A stretch of DNA of 64,000 bases from a virus. Position 1 is the first letter of the stretch. The number at the start of each line of letters is the position of its first letter. Made by a program: the position numbers and the translations under genes. Location: positions 32,001-96,000 of the IMG/VR virus record IMGVR_UViG_3300035676_000002. One strand, written 5' to 3'. Positions 7,422-15,294 of this stretch are shown one piece after another. Below the pieces are notes generated by a model that saw only the letters and a program-made list of their open reading frames with translations, was not told where the DNA came from and made no database searches.

Positions 7422-8342
7422 AGAATCTAATAGGAAATACGAGTTAGCAATCTTGTACCGCTTTGCCACGATATGCGGGATGTACCCAGCAACTTCTACA
7501 AGCATTCCGTGTTCCTTTGCCTTACGGATATACTTACTCACGCACATTTGGGATACCCCTAGGTCTTTAGCAAACGACTTCTGCGAAATAAAAAGCTCCC
7601 CATTGCTCGCCGCTGTGTTATTACAATACATAAGAAATTTTTGATAAGTTGAGAGTATTCCAGTATCGAGCGGAAGGCTGGTGGAAATCTCGCTCGTAAT
7701 AGCCCCGTATTGCTCCACAATTGCCCTAGGAGCGACGATCTTGGTCCTATTGGCACGATGGTCTACCCTTGGATGCAATCGCCCATCGTGCAGGAAGGTC
7801 AGGGGCGGTCTTTCAATATACTCATAGGCTAATTCAAGGAATTTTTTTATATGATTAAGTGTAATAGTAGGCAAATGATTCGGTGTGCAGTCGATAATGG
7901 AATCGTAAGGATATTCATACGGCACTCCGGTAACGGGATTGGTGCCAAACGAAGCAATTTGCCTATCGTTCCATCCGACAAGAATATTTCCCCAATTAAG
8001 CGAAGTAAGGCGACACGCGGAATAGAACCATGTAGAATGTGGAAACCGGGAATTCCGAACCACGCGAGTCTCTGGAAAAACCTCTTTAGCAATTTCGTAT
8101 AAAACAATTGCTCGCCCTGTATCAGATTCGTTGAAATCAATTGCTGCAACGCCGGACGCCGCCCCTGTAACGATGCCTACATTTGATCCAGAGTAATCAT
8201 GTGACCATTGCTGCACTTCTGTCAGATAAGGAAACCGTCGCTTGAACGACTTCCACTTGACATGGGGATACTTTCCTGCTAAGGGAATGGGTATCCAGCC
8301 ACGATTCAGCAGAGGAATGGACAAGGTTTCAAATGTCTGCAT
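7407..8342 (-). CDS. Prim-Pol (bifunctional primase/polymerase N-terminal-like) domain fused to a C-terminal winged helix; catalytic motif degenerate
   Basis: GWIPIPLAGKYP..KW...EVQQW....SNVGIVTGAASGVAAIDFN, where DxD is replaced by DFN. C-terminal ISQKSFAKDLGVSQMCVSKYIRKAKEHGML is HTH-like. Confidence 0.7.
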   Translation of the reverse strand: MQTFETLSIPLLNRGWIPIPLAGKYPHVKWKSFKRRFPYLTEVQQWSHDYSGSNVGIVTGAASGVAAIDFNESDTGRAIVLYEIAKEVFPETRVVRNSRFPHSTWFYSACRLTSLNWGNILVGWNDRQIASFGTNPVTGVPYEYPYDSIIDCTPNHLPTITLNHIKKFLELAYEYIERPPLTFLHDGRLHPRVDHRANRTKIVAPRAIVEQYGAITSEISTSLPLDTGILSTYQKFLMYCNNTAASNGELFISQKSFAKDLGVSQMCVSKYIRKAKEHGMLVEVAGYIPHIVAKRYKIANSYFLLDSLSDL

Positions 8343-8348
8343 ACCGAA

Positions 8349-8377
8349 AGCATATCAGACGACTTGCTCCTAGTCAA
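8349..8377 (-). promoter_or_regulatory. sigma70-type promoter giving a probably leaderless Prim-Pol mRNA
   Basis: TTGACT-17 nt-TATGCT with extended TG; the -10 ends 6 nt before the ATG. Confidence 0.6.
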
Positions 8378-8427
8378 CAGGAAAGGGGAAAATTGCCCCA
8401 CGTCGCAAAGAAAAAGCAAGTTGCCCA

Positions 8428-8456
8428 TTGACAATGGCAAATGGACGTGCTAGAGT
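8428..8456 (+). promoter_or_regulatory. sigma70-type promoter of the recombination operon
   Basis: TTGACA-17 nt-TAGAGT with extended TG, followed by an AGGAGG RBS. Confidence 0.75.
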
Positions 8457-8480
8457 ATTTAAAGAACAAAGGAGGAACGT

Positions 8481-9245
8481 ATGAAGATTTTCATTGTTGA
8501 AAAACAGCCCGATCCGATTGTCCACACCAAAAAGAACACGTCGGGTAAGGGGCCGGAGAATTGGGTCAATACGACCTTTCTCTTCCAGCAGGACAAGGAC
8601 GGTCCCGTTCTTTCCGCATGGTGTAGGGACGATAAGAAGGAATTCATTAAGGAAAACTTCGGGAAGGAAATCGAAGTTGAAAGCGTGAAGGAAAACGCGC
8701 AGTTCAATAACTGGATTGTGAATTTTCCGAAGGCGAGTGGCGGGAAGCCCTTTACTCCGTATGCCAAGACGGGCGGGTACGATAACTACCGTGGCGATAC
8801 CCATACCATGCTGGAATATGTTAAGCTGGTTACGGAGACATACGATACGTTCTTCGATCATGTCGTTTCTAAGGTCGCCAGTTCGCCCATCTCCATTGAC
8901 GATGTTACGTATAACATCATGGAAACCGCACAGCAGTTGACCGTTCAAGCGATCATTGCCGTGCAGAAGAATATGGTGCATTTCGCCATTGGCGATAAGC
9001 AACCGGATGAAGGCGCACGGCTTATCGTTGCCGCTATTCTCCAGCGTGTCGCCAAGCATAACGACGGGACACGCAAGCTTACCACGCAAGAAATTGACAC
9101 CTTTCTTGGTAAGGTGCGCGAGTCGGACAAGTTGACCGTTGCACAGAAAACCTCACTACAGGCAGAACTTGTTGCGCTCAAAGGACAATCGAGCCAGCTT
9201 GAAGAAATTATCGAAGAACACGAACTACCGGAAGGAGAAGAATAA
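8481..9245 (+). CDS. hypothetical protein (beta-rich, possibly OB-fold N-terminus; acidic tail), first gene of the SSB/SbcCD operon
   Basis: 254 aa with a strong promoter and RBS. Function is guessed from context only. Confidence 0.65.
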   Translation: MKIFIVEKQPDPIVHTKKNTSGKGPENWVNTTFLFQQDKDGPVLSAWCRDDKKEFIKENFGKEIEVESVKENAQFNNWIVNFPKASGGKPFTPYAKTGGYDNYRGDTHTMLEYVKLVTETYDTFFDHVVSKVASSPISIDDVTYNIMETAQQLTVQAIIAVQKNMVHFAIGDKQPDEGARLIVAAILQRVAKHNDGTRKLTTQEIDTFLGKVRESDKLTVAQKTSLQAELVALKGQSSQLEEIIEEHELPEGEE

Positions 9246-9613
9246 TGAACGTACATTTGCTTTGCGGAAAAGTCGAAACGGGATCAGTAAAGCGAATCGC
9301 CGGTTTCGATGCGATTAAGTTTACCCTCATCACGAAGGGACGAAAATTCCCTATTAAGTGGAAGGTATGCCTATGGGATACTACCCTTGAGCCAGCGGAC
9401 CTAGATAGTCAGTTGGTATTTGTAAAGGGCGCAGTCGTTATTCGTGGATACGTGAAGGGTGACGGAACGAAGGCGTACTCTACCGAAACGCACGTATCAG
9501 GCAAGCAGTCCGACTCTATCGAGATCATTGGTGACGGTGGTAAGGCCGAAATCGCCCCGCCAGATGATGAGCCTCCTGCTTCACTCGAAACTGACGATGA
9601 TATTCCGTTCTAA
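9245..9613 (+). CDS. ssb: Single-stranded DNA-binding protein
   Basis: MNVHLLCGKV...VFVKGAVVIRGY...G.KAYSTE follows the SSB OB pattern; C-terminal DDDIPF. Confidence 0.8.
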   Translation: MNVHLLCGKVETGSVKRIAGFDAIKFTLITKGRKFPIKWKVCLWDTTLEPADLDSQLVFVKGAVVIRGYVKGDGTKAYSTETHVSGKQSDSIEIIGDGGKAEIAPPDDEPPASLETDDDIPF

Positions 9614-9615
9614 AT

Positions 9616-10842
9616 ATGAACCTTGAAGTAAAAACATCTGTCGGTAAATATGTCAGAATTGCACATATTTCTGACATACATCTCATGGAGCATACTCGGC
9701 TTGCTCTTTCAGTAAATGCCTTAAGTGAAATAGCCGTAGACGTGCGAAAGCGCATGGTGGATTTTATAGTCCTTACCGGAGACTTTTCCGGTAGGGACGC
9801 TCCACATAGGCTTACCAACAGCGAACGGGTTTCTTTTGCTGGATTCGTTAGAGCATTATCAGACGTAGCCCCGGTTATTATTATTCGTGGAAACCACGAT
9901 TCATTAGGGGAGTTACGTCTATTTGAGAAATGCAGGGGAGAAAATCCCGTAAGCGTCTTTGACCACCATAAGGGAATTCTTCATCTTTTAACCTCGCATA
10001 ATATTGGTATAAATTTCATAGCTGTCCCGTGGATGCCTATGCGAACATTGGGCGACGATCTAACTCGCCTAACAGTACAGGACGCAATTCCAATCGCAAC
10101 AGAACGTATTGCTGAATTTATTAACGAAGAAATAGATAAGGAAGAATATAATGTCGTCCTCATGCACGGGACCGTCGAAGGGTCAGCATACTCCACTAAT
10201 GACGGGCGGTTTGAAATTAGTTCTCCAAGGGATATTATTTTTCCTCGTAATTGGTTTCTTCAGTTTCCAGATGTTGACTACTTTGCGCTTGGGCATCTCC
10301 ACGTTCGCCAGCAAGTGCTTCCGAATGTCTGGTATGCAGGTTCGCCGTATCCGGTTGACTATTCGGAAAAGATTCCAAAGGGATACCTGATTGTCGATAT
10401 CGAGAAAGGAAGCGAGCCAAGGGTCAGGGAAGTCGATATTGATTCTTGGCAGATGCTTACTGTCGAAGGGGAATGGCACGCAGAATCTACTGGTGATGAA
10501 GGTGTGTGGAAGATACATCCCCTTAAAGGTCTAGGGCGTAAGGAGCTAGATAATACCTATGTTAAGTTGCGCGTGCTTATTCCAGAACATTGCGACCATA
10601 CGACTATTGATTTCGCTTCTATTCAATCAAAAATCCTGATGAATGGCGGATTCTTTTCTTTAGATGACGTGCAGATTAAGCGATACCGCGATAGAAAAGA
10701 AGTATCCTATGACATTCTCTTGAAGGAGACTATTCAAGAGAAGATTGCACACTATTGTAAAGAAAAAGAATATTCGCCAGAGACAGTAAATCAACTGTTA
10801 CAAAGACTTGAGGAAATCAATGAGCACAGAACAGCCGCATGA
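9616..10842 (+). CDS. sbcD: SbcD/Mre11-like nuclease
   Basis: Motifs HISDIH, TGDF, GNHD, MHG, ALGHLH and YAGSP; next to a Rad50-like gene. Confidence 0.88.
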   Translation: MNLEVKTSVGKYVRIAHISDIHLMEHTRLALSVNALSEIAVDVRKRMVDFIVLTGDFSGRDAPHRLTNSERVSFAGFVRALSDVAPVIIIRGNHDSLGELRLFEKCRGENPVSVFDHHKGILHLLTSHNIGINFIAVPWMPMRTLGDDLTRLTVQDAIPIATERIAEFINEEIDKEEYNVVLMHGTVEGSAYSTNDGRFEISSPRDIIFPRNWFLQFPDVDYFALGHLHVRQQVLPNVWYAGSPYPVDYSEKIPKGYLIVDIEKGSEPRVREVDIDSWQMLTVEGEWHAESTGDEGVWKIHPLKGLGRKELDNTYVKLRVLIPEHCDHTTIDFASIQSKILMNGGFFSLDDVQIKRYRDRKEVSYDILLKETIQEKIAHYCKEKEYSPETVNQLLQRLEEINEHRTAA

Positions 10843-11245
10843 GCACGAAGTTTCCAGCCTTATACCATATTTTCAAGACGGAATATACCATAGTTCGCTT
10901 CTTCCCGTAGAGCGCCTGTGGGCTGAAGTTCTTATTGATGCTCTAGAAGAAGTAGCAATGATTAGTAGGGAGCCTCAACGAAAGATTAGCTGGAAAATGT
11001 GGAATGAGGCGCGTCGATGGATCATGTCTAAAGATACGGAATGGGTTGGAAGCTTTAATAGGATCGTACAAGCAATTCATCACGATCCAGATGTAATACG
11101 AAAAAAAATACTAGAATTTCGATGCGAGTGTTGTGGCGTCCTAGTGATGGAAGAACCATGTCAGCGTATCGTTAAACCAAGGAGAACTCGCCGTGCGAAT
11201 AGTCTCTCTCGCTGTGAACGGTCTTGGGAACTTAAAAAAGGTTAA
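10820..11245 (+). CDS. conserved-type hypothetical protein (E.RL..AVL.DA...EA..W..S....W..SF..I..A...DPD.IR pattern)
   Basis: Helical motif family recognised from memory. ATG 10820 follows GAGG. Confidence 0.6.
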   Translation: MSTEQPHEHEVSSLIPYFQDGIYHSSLLPVERLWAEVLIDALEEVAMISREPQRKISWKMWNEARRWIMSKDTEWVGSFNRIVQAIHHDPDVIRKKILEFRCECCGVLVMEEPCQRIVKPRRTRRANSLSRCERSWELKKG

Positions 11246-13349
11246 TATTGACTTTGATGCGCTTGGACCAGCAACGATTGCCCTAGCTGGCCCGAACGGT
11301 TCTGGCAAGACTACCCTCCTCTCTGCTATGCTCCCGGCAGCATTGTATAGGACTATCCCGTTCTATAACGTACTGGTACAGGAGCACTTTTCTGATGAAG
11401 GGGGAACCATTAATCCCACCTACGAATGGAATGGGAAGCGATACGAGATTGTCATTCGTGGCAAATATAAGGATACGCCACAGTGCTATCTTTACGAGAA
11501 CGATACGTGCCTTGCGGGACCAGCCGTGCGCGATTTTGACAATGCCATTGCTGAAGTATTCCCTCCCAAGGCAAGCATCCTCGCTTCTCTTTTCGCATCA
11601 CAGGATGATGTTTTTGGATTTTTCACGATGGATCAGAAGGTGAGGAATCAGGTCTTTTCTCACTTGCTTGGCCTTGATGAGTACGATGGATATATCGCCG
11701 CTATGGCAGATATTAAGAAGGCGATGAAATTGCAGCTTGCGGAAAAGGTGAAGTCGCTTGAAGTGTTCTCGCAGATGAAAGTTCCCTCAATCGAGGAACT
11801 TAAGTTGTCCATTAGCCAATATGAAGTCAGTATCAAAGAAAAAGAAGAAAAGTTAAATACCAAGCATGGGGAACTTTCCGAGGTAAACAATAAGATTCTA
11901 GAGGCGTCTATCAAGTATAATACCGATGGAATTAAGGCGCAGCAAGATAGGAAGAGAGAAACGCAAGAAGCCTTTAATAAGGTCGCCACGAAAATACTAG
12001 ACCTTGAATCTAAAAAGCGTGAGATTGAGGCAACGGAATACGCGGTTCAATTCACGAATATCGAGAACTACATTGAGCAAATTGAATCAACCCTATCGGG
12101 ACATAGGAATAGTCTCCTGACAACAAATGGACTGATTGAAACCGCACAGGGATTTCTCAACCAAGCCTATGCCAAGCTAGAAAGGGAATGGAGAACCGTA
12201 GATAGGGCATATCAGCAATTTGCACTTGAGTCGCTGCGGCAAAAAGATACGCTCGCCAAGGTCAATTCTATGCAGGTCCATGAAGTCTGCATACCATGCC
12301 CCCTCTTTCGTGATGCCAGTGATATGCGAAAGCGGGTAATGGAACTTGAAAATGAATATTACGGATTAGTTCGTATGTACGATCTTCTCTGTGAGGAGCT
12401 TATTGGCACGCTTCCCACGGGAGGGGAAATCTTTATCCTGCAAAAAGAAGTAGAAACGGTAACGAAGTACATTGCCCAATTAGAACAGTCGCTTATAAGG
12501 CATCTCTCAATTAAGAAAACAAACGATGTATTAAGACAACTGACGCAAGACATACACGCTCTTGAAAGTGAATTATTTGCTTATGAAAAGCGGCTTAAGG
12601 AAATTGGGGCAATAGAAGAAGATTTCCAAAAAACACAAAGCGAATACGCGAAGGCATCTGTCAATCTTACTTTATGTCGGGATAAGATTATTAGAGAAGT
12701 AGCAGATATAGAAGCCGATATCCAGCGTGAGCGACATGAGCATGGTAAATTAGTAGGACAACTCGATGGAGCACAGAACCATAATCAGGTCGTTGATGCC
12801 TTAAATAAAGACATAGCTAAGATTAGTGGAATGATCGGGCTTGATAATCTTCTTGATGGGGCTTTTAAGCATTGCCGGAGACAGAGTATCCAGCAAATGT
12901 GCCCTAGCATCCAAGACCAATGCAACGAATTCTTAAAGAACTATCAACGTGGAAGATTCAGCGTAACCCTACGGACAGAATCGAAACGTGCGGCATCCGA
13001 TACCATGAAAGAGGACTTCTCTCCTATTATCCATGATATCTTTGCCCAGAAGGACAGGAAGAACGTATCTGGCGGCGAACAGGCGGTACTGGCAGAGGCG
13101 CTTCGTATGGCGTTTTCCATTGTGCAATCTAGCCGCTTTGGGCTTGCGAAGGGTACGCTGATAAGGGATGAAGTCGTATCACATATTGATAATGATAACC
13201 TAGAAATTTACATGAATATCCTTCGATCTAGTATCCAGAACGAATATTTTCACCAGATCGTATTCGTATCTCACTTGCTTCACCTTGTCGATCAGGCAGA
13301 CGTTGCCATTATTATGAGCAACGGGAAGGTTGAGGAAATCAGGGCATGA
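11193..13349 (+). CDS. sbcC: SbcC/Rad50-like SMC ATPase
   Basis: Walker A GPNGSGKT, long coiled coil, CIPCP zinc hook, signature VSGGE, Walker B LIRDE, and VSH. Confidence 0.9.
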   Translation: MRIVSLAVNGLGNLKKVNIDFDALGPATIALAGPNGSGKTTLLSAMLPAALYRTIPFYNVLVQEHFSDEGGTINPTYEWNGKRYEIVIRGKYKDTPQCYLYENDTCLAGPAVRDFDNAIAEVFPPKASILASLFASQDDVFGFFTMDQKVRNQVFSHLLGLDEYDGYIAAMADIKKAMKLQLAEKVKSLEVFSQMKVPSIEELKLSISQYEVSIKEKEEKLNTKHGELSEVNNKILEASIKYNTDGIKAQQDRKRETQEAFNKVATKILDLESKKREIEATEYAVQFTNIENYIEQIESTLSGHRNSLLTTNGLIETAQGFLNQAYAKLEREWRTVDRAYQQFALESLRQKDTLAKVNSMQVHEVCIPCPLFRDASDMRKRVMELENEYYGLVRMYDLLCEELIGTLPTGGEIFILQKEVETVTKYIAQLEQSLIRHLSIKKTNDVLRQLTQDIHALESELFAYEKRLKEIGAIEEDFQKTQSEYAKASVNLTLCRDKIIREVADIEADIQRERHEHGKLVGQLDGAQNHNQVVDALNKDIAKISGMIGLDNLLDGAFKHCRRQSIQQMCPSIQDQCNEFLKNYQRGRFSVTLRTESKRAASDTMKEDFSPIIHDIFAQKDRKNVSGGEQAVLAEALRMAFSIVQSSRFGLAKGTLIRDEVVSHIDNDNLEIYMNILRSSIQNEYFHQIVFVSHLLHLVDQADVAIIMSNGKVEEIRA

Positions 13350-13849
13350 TTACAAACAATGAAATTAATTCTATCTACAAGAAGGTCGTTAGTAAGTTTC
13401 ATCCAGAATTGGTTAAGTCTCACCATGTTCTTATTGCCCGTCCTAAAAAGGCAAGCGAGAAAACAGGATCAGTCGTCTACCAATGGAATCTTCATGTTCA
13501 TGGAAAGCCACGCAAGAAGCAGATGCCTTATCTCTTGCTTGGCATCATGGAATTAGAAAATAAACACTGGACTATACGGTACGTTTTTGACGTGCCATAC
13601 GAAGCGGTCTATAAAGCAAAGAATATCTATCTCTGCGAGAGCGTGCGGCGAAGAGGATCGTGGATTGATAAGTACGAACGATTTGTTAAGGGTTTGAATT
13701 TGGTTCCGTCAGACCAATTGGAATACGAAAGGCTCTTGCGGTCCAACCGAAAGCGAAAGCAGAAAGTTGACTTCTCGCAGACACCAGACGGTAGTATTTA
13801 TCCCATTGCCGTGCTGCGTAAGCCAAAAGGAAATGAAGGGTATGTTTAG
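13346..13849 (+). CDS. basic hypothetical protein
   Basis: 167 aa, ATGA-coupled to sbcC. Confidence 0.6.
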   Translation: MITNNEINSIYKKVVSKFHPELVKSHHVLIARPKKASEKTGSVVYQWNLHVHGKPRKKQMPYLLLGIMELENKHWTIRYVFDVPYEAVYKAKNIYLCESVRRRGSWIDKYERFVKGLNLVPSDQLEYERLLRSNRKRKQKVDFSQTPDGSIYPIAVLRKPKGNEGYV

Positions 13850-14249
13850 GCCGAGCGGAAAGTAATTCATTTAGTGCCTCAATAGTCTTACGCCCAACTA
13901 GCCCATCCTCCCTCACTTTATTGGGAATGAAAAAATTAATGGCCTGTTGTAACACGATACCAGCATCGTCTGGACCGGCATTTACATAAAAATCAAAATA
14001 CTTACACGCAATGGGAATATTGTTTATAAGGCCAGCCCGAGAGGGAATCCAGTAATCGGAATAGTAAATTTCTTTTGCTTGCTCTAGGGTAAGACTTTTG
14101 ATATCGAGATTTGGATATTGTTTTTGAGATATTCCAAACTTAGTTGTCCCACCGGGATCATTATGATTTTCGGATAGGGCGGTGCCCTCATTTCGTATTA
14201 CAAAATCAAACGCTGCTTCCCATGCCGCATCATCCTTTATTGCGCCCAC
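13686..14249 (-). CDS. Endolysin, glycoside hydrolase family 108 with a peptidoglycan-binding C-terminus
   Basis: NEG...NDPGGTTKFGISQ...IKSLTLEQAKEIYYSDYW...FDFYVNAG...LQQA...DGLVGRKTI...F.FGW..R. Confidence 0.88.
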   Translation of the reverse strand: MGAIKDDAAWEAAFDFVIRNEGTALSENHNDPGGTTKFGISQKQYPNLDIKSLTLEQAKEIYYSDYWIPSRAGLINNIPIACKYFDFYVNAGPDDAGIVLQQAINFFIPNKVREDGLVGRKTIEALNELLSARPKHTLHFLLAYAARQWDKYYRLVSARSQLSAFAFGWTARAFRIPIGLTEPNSNP

Positions 14250-14767
14250 GGTGGCTTATTCTCCCTTGTGCTTGAAGGCGTATTCTGTACTGCTGGAGTT
14301 GGAGAATATAATGGTCCTAATTCTGGATGCAGTTGGTGCATTCCGGCGTGCGTTTCTTTGTCGAGTCTAATAATTTCGTCAAGGGACGTTTTATTATGGC
14401 TTATTGCTTGGTAATTATCCCACATTTTTTCTATCATATAACCCATAAGCGCAAGTCCAATTGGTAGGATAACGAAGAAAACTTGCCAAATACGAGTACG
14501 GAATGTTTTATTTACTGATATCTCTGAACGAAGTTCTGCCTCTACCAAGTTGACGCGCTCTGTAACAGAATCGCCCCTTCCGCTCCCAAAAACTCGTTCC
14601 TTAACTTCGGACATTTCCTTAGAAATACCTTCCATCGCACGATAAATCTTTTCATGGTGTTCCATATCTGTCTCTGAATGTTCCGAAAACATCCGAGACA
14701 GTACATCTTCAATTCTTTGAACTTCTTGTATAATCTTTCCTGCACCTTGTTCTCTCTTTATTGCCAT
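14237..14767 (-). CDS. Single-TM coiled-coil membrane protein, holin candidate
   Basis: One hydrophobic segment (IWQVFFVILPIGLALMGYMI); directly upstream of the endolysin. Confidence 0.5.
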   Translation of the reverse strand: MAIKREQGAGKIIQEVQRIEDVLSRMFSEHSETDMEHHEKIYRAMEGISKEMSEVKERVFGSGRGDSVTERVNLVEAELRSEISVNKTFRTRIWQVFFVILPIGLALMGYMIEKMWDNYQAISHNKTSLDEIIRLDKETHAGMHQLHPELGPLYSPTPAVQNTPSSTRENKPPWAQ

Positions 14768-15273
14768 TATTGTGTAGGCGTAGCCGTTGGCGTCCGAGTT
14801 GCCGTTGGTGAGGGAACTTGAGAAACCGCACAGGGGGTGCCGGGAGTCGCTTGCGCTACAACAATATCAGGAACATTATCACAGACATATCGAGCATAAT
14901 CGGTTCCCGTATATTGATTTGCCCCACCATAAGTATACTTGAATGTACCTAGACGATTTTCGGTATTACGTGCATTATTAATGATACGACAATTACACGT
15001 ATTTAACTCAAAAGTCTGTGTTGAGGCAGAAGGCGTTGGGCCAGTAGCGGGGATAGTTACTGCACCAGTCGCCTCATCGGTAATGAAGTATGAAATAGAA
15101 TCCGGCTTTACCGCTACGCCATTCTGATCCTTGAAACTCGCAGAAATAAAGGCACTCGATCCTTCCTTGATATGTGTTGGAAGGTCTTGCGGCTCACCGA
15201 AAGCCAGTGACGGTAATACCAATACCGCTACGTATACAAGGTATCTTTTCATATCATAAGTAATTTGCTTCAT
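14767..15273 (-). CDS. Signal-peptide protein with an Ig/BppU-like beta-sandwich and a PT tail
   Basis: MKRYLVYVAVLVLPSLAFG, then IKEGSSAFISASFKDQNG.AV.P.SISY.I.D. ATG 15273 follows GGAGG. Confidence 0.65.
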   Translation of the reverse strand: MKQITYDMKRYLVYVAVLVLPSLAFGEPQDLPTHIKEGSSAFISASFKDQNGVAVKPDSISYFITDEATGAVTIPATGPTPSASTQTFELNTCNCRIINNARNTENRLGTFKYTYGGANQYTGTDYARYVCDNVPDIVVAQATPGTPCAVSQVPSPTATRTPTATPTQ

Positions 15274-15294
15274 TTGAACCTCCAAGTCAAGACA

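Noticed and set aside
8370-9256. Minus-strand ORFs of 239, 102 and 103 aa
   Set aside because: They are antisense to 8481..9245, which has a clear promoter, RBS and operon coupling.
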